Shown one piece after another: positions 7,631 through 14,061 of a stretch of DNA of 32,000 nucleotides. The notes beneath the pieces are model-generated. The model saw only the letters and a list, made by a program, of their open reading frames with translations. It did not search any database and had not been told where the DNA came from. How positions within the stretch are numbered: position 1 is the first letter of the stretch; each line of letters opens with the position of its first letter. This DNA is from Bellilinea caldifistulae (GTDB taxonomy: Bacteria; Chloroflexota; Anaerolineae; Anaerolineales; Anaerolineaceae): assembly GCF_001306055.1 (NCBI RefSeq), contig NZ_LGHJ01000014.1:150001-182000 (forward strand), given 5' to 3'. The translations under genes were made by a program, and so were the position numbers.

Positions 7631-8080
7631 TTAAGGCCCGCTTACGGTTGGATAACCAGCGTTACGCCAGGCGATAATACCGCCGCTAACGCTGGTTACT
7701 TTTTCGTAGCCGGCTTGCAGTAAAATATCCCGCCCGGCCTGACTGCGGTTACCCGAGCGACAGATTACCACAATTTCCTTGTCTTTTGGCACTTCACTGA
7801 TCCGCTGGGGCAGTTGATCCAACGGGATGAGCGTTGCCCCGGGAACATGCAGTTCATTCCATTCTTCCGGTTGGCGCACGTCCAAAACCCATGCGCCCTG
7901 GTCGCGAAGTTGAGCGGCTTGAGATACCGAAATTTCTGGCGGTAAAGCGCGGGTTTCCGCCGGGGAAGTGCGGGTGAGAAGGAAGGCAGCGCCTGCTATA
8001 AGGACAATTGCCAGCAGGATGGCATACACCGGAAAACGCCTGTGTTCAAATGAGCCTGAGGATGTCTTTTGACGAGTCAT
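7631..8080 (-). CDS. Membrane-anchored single-domain rhodanese (sulfurtransferase)
   Basis: 149 aa. N-terminal signal anchor (RRFPVYAILLAIVLIAGAAFLL) with most positive charge before the helix. Rhodanese active-site loop VVICRSGNRS. Its stop codon directly abuts the stop of the Trx-DUF2892 gene (TAATTA at 7628-7633). Confidence 0.85.
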   Translation of the reverse strand: MTRQKTSSGSFEHRRFPVYAILLAIVLIAGAAFLLTRTSPAETRALPPEISVSQAAQLRDQGAWVLDVRQPEEWNELHVPGATLIPLDQLPQRISEVPKDKEIVVICRSGNRSQAGRDILLQAGYEKVTSVSGGIIAWRNAGYPTVSGP

Positions 8081-8215
8081 GGATTGTTCCTGTCATGAGT
8101 GAGATTCAATCTATCGGTTTTGATTCAATTTTACGGTAAAGGTTACAGGATGTGGGGTAAAATAGAAACGGGTCATTATCCCTGATCAATCAAAGCGGAA
8201 GGGATATTCAAAAAA

Positions 8216-9607
8216 ATGTTCATCAGCCGGGAGAGTTTCAGCACCCATACTCTGGATGAGCACCCGCATGGGGAGATTGTCAAACGGGTGTTGTTCGCCG
8301 CTTTGCGGGCCGTGGATCCGGCTACTGCGGTGGCGCGCTTTCTCGAACGAGAGGGTGACCTGTTGTTTGCCGGAGGGCGGAGTTATGACCTCAGCCGTTA
8401 CCGACGCGTGTTTATCGTTGGAGCAGGCAAGGCCGCAGCACCGATGACCAAAGCCGCTGCCCGGATTCTGGGAGACCGCCTTTCGGGGGGAATGATTATC
8501 TGTAAAGAAGGTTTTTTGCGGGAAAATGCCGTCGGCGGAGCAATCCCCGAGCGGATTCAGGTGGCCGAAGCCTCTCACCCGCTGCCGGATATGCGCGGTG
8601 TGAATGCAACCCGTCGGATGCTTGCCCTGCTCAACCGGGCGAGTGAAAATGATCTGGTGCTGGCATTGATTTCCGGTGGTGGATCGGCGCTGATGACTGC
8701 CCCTGCCGAGGGAATTTCCCTGGCAGATTTGCAGTCTCTCACCAATTTGCTGCTGGCTTGCGGCGCTTCGATTGAAGAAATTAATACTCTGCGGAAACAT
8801 CTGGATGAAGTCAAGGGTGGCGGACTGGCGCGGGCGGCCGGCAAAGCCGATTTGCTGGCATTGATCCTCTCGGATGTGGTCGGCGATCCGCTGGATGTGA
8901 TCGCCTCCGGGCCAACCGTGGCTGACCCAACCACCTTTACGGATGCGCTGGCAATTTTACAACGGTACAATCTGGCAGAGCACACCCCACCCTCCATTCT
9001 TGAACGACTGCGCAGCGGTGCCGAAGGGAAAATACCCGAAACCCCAAAACCGGGAGATGGTTTGTTCCGGCGGGTTCAAAACCTGATCATTGCCAGTAAT
9101 CGGCATGCGGCTCAGGCTGCGGTTGAAGAAGCCGAAGAATGCGGACTGACCCCCCTGCTGCTGAGCACTTATTTACAAGGGGAAGCCCGTCAGTTGGGAA
9201 TGTTTTTGGGGTCAATTGCCCGTCAAATTCACGCCACCCGTCAGCCGCTACAACCGCCAGCCTGTTTGATTGCCGGTGGTGAGACGACAGTGACTCTTCA
9301 CGGAGATGGGCTGGGGGGACGCAATCAAGAAGTGGCACTCGGCGCCGTGCGCGGTTTGGACGGCACGCGCAATTTGCTGATGGTCACCCTGGCTTCCGAT
9401 GGTGACGACGGCCCCACGGATGCCGCCGGGGCGGTGGTCAGCGGAGAAACGTTACAAAGAGCCCTTGCCGCCGGAATGAAACCGGAAGATTATCTCGAGA
9501 GAAATGATTCTTACCATTTCTTTGATGCGCTGGGAGATTTGATCCGCACAGGCCCGACCCAGACAAACGTCAATGATTTGATGTTTCTGTTTGCTTTTGC
9601 GGATTGA
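8216..9607 (+). CDS. Glycerate 2-kinase / hydroxypyruvate reductase-like protein (DUF4147 + MOFRL family)
   Basis: 463 aa. FIVGAGKAAAPM in the N-terminal domain, and GGETTVTLHGDGLGGRNQEVALGA plus TNVNDL in the C-terminal MOFRL-type domain. No clear SD before the ATG at 8216, so the exact start is uncertain. Confidence 0.8.
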   Translation: MFISRESFSTHTLDEHPHGEIVKRVLFAALRAVDPATAVARFLEREGDLLFAGGRSYDLSRYRRVFIVGAGKAAAPMTKAAARILGDRLSGGMIICKEGFLRENAVGGAIPERIQVAEASHPLPDMRGVNATRRMLALLNRASENDLVLALISGGGSALMTAPAEGISLADLQSLTNLLLACGASIEEINTLRKHLDEVKGGGLARAAGKADLLALILSDVVGDPLDVIASGPTVADPTTFTDALAILQRYNLAEHTPPSILERLRSGAEGKIPETPKPGDGLFRRVQNLIIASNRHAAQAAVEEAEECGLTPLLLSTYLQGEARQLGMFLGSIARQIHATRQPLQPPACLIAGGETTVTLHGDGLGGRNQEVALGAVRGLDGTRNLLMVTLASDGDDGPTDAAGAVVSGETLQRALAAGMKPEDYLERNDSYHFFDALGDLIRTGPTQTNVNDLMFLFAFAD

Positions 9608-10289
9608 GACTTTCCAGCCCTGGCGGATTGGCTTTGGCAGTTGGTTGGGGTGTGATCTTGACCACCCGCCTTCGGCGATGGCGCGCCGAGAGGGCGCGTC
9701 TGAGCGGGGGGATTCGCACAATCAACAGCACAGCCAATACAACCGTGGCGGCTAGTGGTTTCCAAATATCTCCTTGCAGACGGAGAAAGTCGCCCTTGAC
9801 CGCCATGGCCAGATGAACGACCGCCAGCACGGCGGTGAGGTAAACCAGTTGGTGCAGGCGCTTCCATATTTTCCCCAGTGTTTTTTGCCACCAGCGATGG
9901 GAAGTCAATGCGAGGGGTGTCAGCAGGCTGATCGCCGCCAGTCCTATGAGGATATAGGGTTTATCGGCAATTGAGGCGTAAATCAGATTGAAGTCAAACT
10001 GATAATCCCAGCCGGTGTACGTGAGCATGTGCAGCGCTGCATAGAAGAAAGCGTACAGGCCAAGCGGGCGACGAAGTTTGAGCAACTGCGGAAGGTTGAA
10101 AAGGATGTGAAGGGGGGTCATCGTCAGAGAAGCCAGCAGGATGAGAATGGCGATATCCCCAGAGCGCTGGGTGGCTGCCTGGATCGGATTAATGGTCAGG
10201 TTATTGGTGAAGTAGGCAGCCGTCAACACCATTAACGGCAGCCAGCAGAGGATGTGAGTCAGCCATTGCAGGCGCGACCAGTTTTTCAT
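9570..10289 (-). CDS. msrQ: Protein-methionine-sulfoxide reductase heme-binding membrane subunit MsrQ (YedZ-like)
   Basis: The ORF track gives 9570-10352. I prefer the ATG at 10289 (MKNWSRLQWLTHILCWLPL...), 7 nt downstream of the msrP stop, which avoids overlap with msrP. Six TM helices with conserved His residues (ALHMLTY, VVHLAM) typical of the ferric-reductase-like YedZ family. The basic C-terminal tail overlaps the 3' end of the glycerate kinase gene by 38 nt. Confidence 0.8.
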   Translation of the reverse strand: MKNWSRLQWLTHILCWLPLMVLTAAYFTNNLTINPIQAATQRSGDIAILILLASLTMTPLHILFNLPQLLKLRRPLGLYAFFYAALHMLTYTGWDYQFDFNLIYASIADKPYILIGLAAISLLTPLALTSHRWWQKTLGKIWKRLHQLVYLTAVLAVVHLAMAVKGDFLRLQGDIWKPLAATVVLAVLLIVRIPPLRRALSARHRRRRVVKITPQPTAKANPPGLESLNPQKQTETSNH

Positions 10290-10296
10290 CGGCTTT

Positions 10297-11253
10297 TCAG
10301 TAATTAACCCGCAAGTCCATGTTGGCGTAAAGCTGCCCGACCTGCTCGGCATAACCGTTGAATAACAACGTTTCGCGGCGGCGGTTTTCGCCGATGCGCC
10401 GTTCGGTGGCCTGAGACCAGCGCGGGTGGGGCACTTCCGGGTTTACATTGGCATAAAAACCGTATTCATTAGGAGCAACCCTGTTCCAGAAGGTGGGCGG
10501 CATGGTTTCGGTGAGCTCGATTCTAACAATGGCTTTGCTGCTTTTGAAACCGTATTTCCACGGTACAGCCAGACGCAGCGGTGCTCCGTTTTGGGGGAGT
10601 AATTCCTTGCCGTACAGCCCGGTGACCAGCAGAGTCAAATCGTGGTAGGCTTCATCCAGCCGCAAGCCTTCGGTATAGGGCCATGGGTAAAAGGGGCTTC
10701 TTGCACCGGGCATGTTGTTCTCATCCAGAATTGTGGTGAACTGGACAAAGGCTGCACTGGTCATGGGCTCGACTTCTTTGAGCAGCAACGAAAGCGGAAA
10801 TCCGAGCCATGGGATGACCATAGACCAGCCTTCCACGCAGCGCAATCGGTAAACACGTTCTTCCTGCGGAAACTGGCGCAGGTCTTCGATGTCGAAAATG
10901 CGCGGCTTGTGAACCAGTCCGCTAACCTCCACCTGCCACGGACTGGTGGGAAAGTTTTTTGCCAGCGAAGCCACACCGCCCTTATCCATGGTGAATTCGT
11001 AATAATTGTTGTAGTTGGTAATTTCCTCAAAGGAATTGGCCGGGTCTCCCCGTTCATCGCGGGGGCGCTCCGCGGGGTTGATTGAGTCGGAATAACCAGG
11101 AGTGTTTTCAGACTGTGTTTTGATCCCACAGGCGGCCAACAAAGCCCCGGCTGCACCAACCGCCGCCAGTTTAAGGAATTGCCGTCGGTTCAGGTAAACG
11201 TGCTCGGGTGTGATTTCCGAGGAAGGGATGGGGGGAACAGTATTATTTTTCAT
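10297..11253 (-). CDS. msrP: Molybdopterin-dependent protein-methionine-sulfoxide reductase catalytic subunit MsrP (YedY-like), Tat-exported lipoprotein
   Basis: 318 aa. Twin-arginine signal NRRQFLKLAAVGAAGALLAAC with a lipobox Cys. YedY-type core (NNYYEF, YRLRCVEGWSMVIPWLGFPL, LRLAVPWKYGFKSSKAIVRIE). Confidence 0.88.
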   Translation of the reverse strand: MKNNTVPPIPSSEITPEHVYLNRRQFLKLAAVGAAGALLAACGIKTQSENTPGYSDSINPAERPRDERGDPANSFEEITNYNNYYEFTMDKGGVASLAKNFPTSPWQVEVSGLVHKPRIFDIEDLRQFPQEERVYRLRCVEGWSMVIPWLGFPLSLLLKEVEPMTSAAFVQFTTILDENNMPGARSPFYPWPYTEGLRLDEAYHDLTLLVTGLYGKELLPQNGAPLRLAVPWKYGFKSSKAIVRIELTETMPPTFWNRVAPNEYGFYANVNPEVPHPRWSQATERRIGENRRRETLLFNGYAEQVGQLYANMDLRVNY

Positions 11254-11499
11254 ATTCGGTTAATCCTGACTGGCTATTCTTGTTTATATGGACATGTTTA
11301 GTCCACTTAACCTTACCAGAGATGGTGAGATTTTTCAAATCTTTATCGAGTGTTGGCCGGTGGGCAGGGTTGTGTGGAAATTGGTGCGCAGAAACGTAAG
11401 ATTGCCGAAAATTGACACTCTAATGAGTGATAGGCATCCTGCAAGCAGGGCTGCCACGACATCGAAAAAGGCTCGAAAATCAACGGAGAAAGGTATAAC

Positions 11500-12192
11500 A
11501 TGAAGAGGCAATTTCTCATTTCTAACCTGCTGATCGTTATGGTGTTTTTACTGACAGCCTGTGCACCCGGTGGGGTCGTTCCGGCTACGGTTCAAGAAAA
11601 TACCCCCCTGCCTGTTTCGACCGGGGTTGATGAGATGAAAAGCGAGTCAGTAACACCCGATGGAGATGAAAACAACGCTTCGCAATCGCAGTCACAAACG
11701 CCGATCGAAGAGGGTGAATCTTCACCTGATACGCAGACCCTGCCGGACTGGTTTAAGGTGGAATTGGTTAATGTAGAAAACGATGAGGTATTCACAATCG
11801 AATCCCTGACGGGAAAAGTAATCCTCGTTGAAACGATGGCGCAGTGGTGTTCCAATTGTTTGCGCCAACAACAAGAGGTCAAAGCCTTACATCAGTTACT
11901 GGGTGAGCGGGAGGATTTTGTGAGCATTGGCCTGGATATTGATCCCAACGAAGATGCCGCTACGCTCAAGAGCTACATTGCCCGGCATGAATTCAATTGG
12001 ATTTATGCGGTTTCCCCAGCGGAAGTCTCGCGTTCGCTGAGCGATCTCTATGGGCCTCAATTTCTATCGCCCCCCTCGACCCCGATGCTCATCATTGATC
12101 GGGCAGGCAGCGTGTATCCTTTACCCATGGGAATCAAATCGGCAGAGCGATTGAGGGAATTTTTACAGCCTTACTTAGAAACCAATCGTTGA
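11500..12192 (+). CDS. TlpA/ResA-like extracytoplasmic thiol-disulfide oxidoreductase lipoprotein
   Basis: 230 aa. Lipoprotein signal MKRQFLISNLLIVMVFLLTAC, an acidic low-complexity linker, and a thioredoxin fold with the WCSNC active site. RBS GGAGAAAGG. Confidence 0.8.
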   Translation: MKRQFLISNLLIVMVFLLTACAPGGVVPATVQENTPLPVSTGVDEMKSESVTPDGDENNASQSQSQTPIEEGESSPDTQTLPDWFKVELVNVENDEVFTIESLTGKVILVETMAQWCSNCLRQQQEVKALHQLLGEREDFVSIGLDIDPNEDAATLKSYIARHEFNWIYAVSPAEVSRSLSDLYGPQFLSPPSTPMLIIDRAGSVYPLPMGIKSAERLREFLQPYLETNR

Positions 12193-12205
12193 AGGGTTGT
12201 GAAGC

Positions 12206-12886
12206 GTGGAGAACATCTTGACTTCACTGACCATCGGATTGCTGGCAACCACCAGTCCATGCGTTTTTCCACTTTACCCGGGCTATCTGGCTTATTTGAG
12301 CGGCGGTCATGAAAAATTGCAAGAAAGCAAGGGCCGATTTTTACTCGGCTTTTTCGTGCTTTGTGGGGTATTGAGTATGATGCTGGCAATTGGGCTGCTG
12401 ATTGCCTTGCTGGCAATACCCATCGGAAATGCGCTTTCCCTGGTTATCCCGTTGGCAAATGGATTGATCTTTCTACTTGGAGTTTTATTATTGCTGAACA
12501 TCAATCCGTTCAAATCTTTGCCGATGATTCGCATTCCTGTTCTTCAAAATCCGTATTTGAATGCTTTTGTTTATGGACTGCTCTACGGACCAATTGCGTT
12601 GCCTTGTGCCGGCCCGCTGGTTGTGAGTGTGTTTGCCCTTTCGCTGAGTGCCGGGGAACTTATTAACCGGTTAAGCACTTTCTTATGGTTTGGTTTGGGA
12701 TTTGGTCTACCACTGCTGTTGCTTTCTTTTCTGGCTGGAGCCCAGCAGCGGTGGATTACCCGTCAATTCGCCCGCTACGGGAATTGGGTAAATCGAATTG
12801 GGGGCATCATTTTGATCACGATAGCCGTGGTGGATCTGGCATCGAATTGGGAGTTGATTCGGTTTACATGGTCGCGATTCAACTAA
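12206..12886 (+). CDS. ccdA: CcdA/DsbD-family transmembrane thiol-disulfide electron transporter
   Basis: 226 aa with a GTG start and 6 TM helices. The two signature membrane-embedded cysteines are present: TSPCVFPLYPGYL and PIALPCAGPLV. Confidence 0.85.
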   Translation: MENILTSLTIGLLATTSPCVFPLYPGYLAYLSGGHEKLQESKGRFLLGFFVLCGVLSMMLAIGLLIALLAIPIGNALSLVIPLANGLIFLLGVLLLLNINPFKSLPMIRIPVLQNPYLNAFVYGLLYGPIALPCAGPLVVSVFALSLSAGELINRLSTFLWFGLGFGLPLLLLSFLAGAQQRWITRQFARYGNWVNRIGGIILITIAVVDLASNWELIRFTWSRFN

Positions 12887-12892
12887 AAAATT

Positions 12893-12933
12893 CTTCCCAC
12901 AGTCCGAATTGACCGGAAAAGGACTGTGGGAAG
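12893..12933. terminator. Hairpin between convergent genes; intrinsic terminator, best for the minus-strand gene
   Basis: Perfect 13-bp inverted repeat CTTCCCACAGTCC (12893-12905) / GGACTGTGGGAAG (12921-12933) with a 15-nt loop. On the minus strand the hairpin is followed by AATTTTTT. There is no U-run on the plus strand. Confidence 0.7.
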
Positions 12934-12948
12934 ATCCAAAAGATCCTG

Positions 12949-13674
12949 TCAGGTTTGATTTTTTTCGCTAAAAATCCCTACAAGGATGCCAATACCGGCA
13001 ACGATCAACAACACCGGGCCAATTAATGTCCAATTGGCGGAGAAAAAGCCGATCAAACCGGCGGCGGCCGTCAGCAGACCAAAAATGGTCAGCCCCAAAA
13101 CATTGCCGAATTTTTCCCCGCGCAGAAGACCCAGCAGGGCACTCACAAAAGCCCCCAAGGCGGGGATGAGAATGGCAATTCCCCACCAGTTGTACGGCTC
13201 GAGGCGTTGGGCTAAATCCATCCAGCCGGTATTGATTCCCAGAAAACCCACTCCCAGATAGACCGCACCCAGACCGATCCAGAAAGCCATGTTAAGACCT
13301 TCTTTGCCGCCAAAACCGTTCAGCAGCACACTCAGGCCGGGTGCAATGACCATCAATGGCCAGTAAACCGACCAGTCCAATCCCAGCAGGAACATGAAGG
13401 TCAGGGTAAACAGAATTAATGCGCTTCCAAGGCTGTTGCGCACCGCCGCATTGAAGCGTCCGCTGGCTTGAAAAGCGTAAAACGCTCCGGTCAACGAACC
13501 AAAGGCGGGAATTAGGATAAATAAAGCCCACCAGTTGAAACGCGGGCCTAGCCAGCCGGTCTGTTGAGCAAAGATGATGATGCCCGCCAGGATCAAGATC
13601 ATTCCGAACCAGGCGCTGTTGCGGCGGGGAGAAGAAGCCGCGGGTTTAGGGACATTTGAGGAAGGGGTATCCAT
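12949..13674 (-). CDS. Polytopic membrane protein of unknown function with internal tandem duplication (LiaF/LiaI-like TM repeats?)
   Basis: 241 aa with about 8 TM helices. The two halves align: TGWLGPRFNWWALFILIPAFGSLTGAF... against TGWMDLAQRLEPYNWWGIAILIPALGAFVSAL.... There is no soluble domain. Confidence 0.7.
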   Translation of the reverse strand: MDTPSSNVPKPAASSPRRNSAWFGMILILAGIIIFAQQTGWLGPRFNWWALFILIPAFGSLTGAFYAFQASGRFNAAVRNSLGSALILFTLTFMFLLGLDWSVYWPLMVIAPGLSVLLNGFGGKEGLNMAFWIGLGAVYLGVGFLGINTGWMDLAQRLEPYNWWGIAILIPALGAFVSALLGLLRGEKFGNVLGLTIFGLLTAAAGLIGFFSANWTLIGPVLLIVAGIGILVGIFSEKNQT

Positions 13675-13769
13675 TGGTTAATTCCTGCTTTCTGTTGGAG
13701 AGCCGAGTTTGATTTATATACGCAAACCCTTCACGGAAGTTGCGCCCAGACTTGCAGTACGGTTAAAAA

Positions 13770-13808
13770 GTCAAACGCCCGGGTGAGGGGGGCACCCGAA
13801 CGTTTGAC
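13770..13808 (-). terminator. Terminator-like GC-rich hairpin plus U-run (minus strand) upstream of the membrane-protein gene
   Basis: GTCAAACG-CC-CGGGTG / loop AGGGGGG / CACCCG-AA-CGTTTGAC. On the minus strand it is followed by TTTTTAA (plus-strand A-run at 13763-13769). It lies in the 5' region of the 12949-13674 gene, not after any gene. Confidence 0.45.
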
Positions 13809-13814
13809 AACTTA

Positions 13815-13843
13815 ATATTATCATGTTCTTCGTTCAATTTCAA
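13815..13843 (-). promoter_or_regulatory. Candidate sigma-70 promoter (minus strand), TTGAAA-17-TAATAT
   Basis: The reverse complement of 13838-13843 is TTGAAA and of 13815-13820 is TAATAT, with a 17-nt spacer. The predicted start falls at the 5' base of the 13770-13808 hairpin. AT-rich context raises the false-positive risk. Confidence 0.4.
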
Positions 13844-13966
13844 TCCCTTAATTCTTATAAAATTCCGCTGAAATCATCTCGAATTGGCTTTGGCTGCCTT
13901 CTGAAATTGATCAAGAAACAGACAATTTGGGAAAATACCTAGAAATGGCTGCGCCAGTGTTGGGAA

Positions 13967-13995
13967 TTGACGAACTGATGCGCTCATGCTATAGT
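13967..13995 (+). promoter_or_regulatory. Candidate sigma-70 promoter TTGACG-17-TATAGT for the second ECF-type transporter operon
   Basis: TTGACG at 13967-13972, an exact 17-nt spacer and TATAGT at 13990-13995. This predicts a leader of about 60 nt ending in GAGGGA-N3-ATG at 14062. Confidence 0.6.
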
Positions 13996-14061
13996 AATGG
14001 CACTTCGGAAAAAGAACCATTGAATAAATGGCATCTTTGCTTTATTCATTGCTGAGGGAAT

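Noticed and set aside
8066-8074. A third copy of CGTCAAAAG on the minus strand, matching the -10 part of the ECF motif
   Set aside because: It lies within the first few codons (T-R-Q-K) of the rhodanese gene. The only AAC-containing element upstream (GGAAC) is 11 nt away rather than 16-17 nt. I judged it a coincidental coding sequence.
10290-10352. N-terminal extension of the msrQ ORF given in the ORF track
   Set aside because: It would overlap the 3' end of msrP by 56 nt. The internal ATG at 10289 gives a typical YedZ N-terminus (MKNWSRLQWL...) just 7 nt after the msrP stop.
11288-11503. 71-aa ORF whose stop overlaps the TlpA-like start in an ATGA arrangement
   Set aside because: Unlike the neighbouring genes, it is rich in codons such as AGA, AGG, ATA and CTA. 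It has no RBS. It fills the divergent promoter region between msrP and the TlpA-like gene, and the TlpA-like gene has its own strong RBS inside it.
13945-14055. 36-aa ORF (MAAPVLGIDELMRSCYSNGTSEKEPLNKWHLCFIHC) ending 6 nt before the ECF ATPase start
   Set aside because: It has no Shine-Dalgarno. The best promoter for the operon (TTGACG-17-TATAGT, 13967-13995) lies inside it, so most of it would not be transcribed from that promoter.
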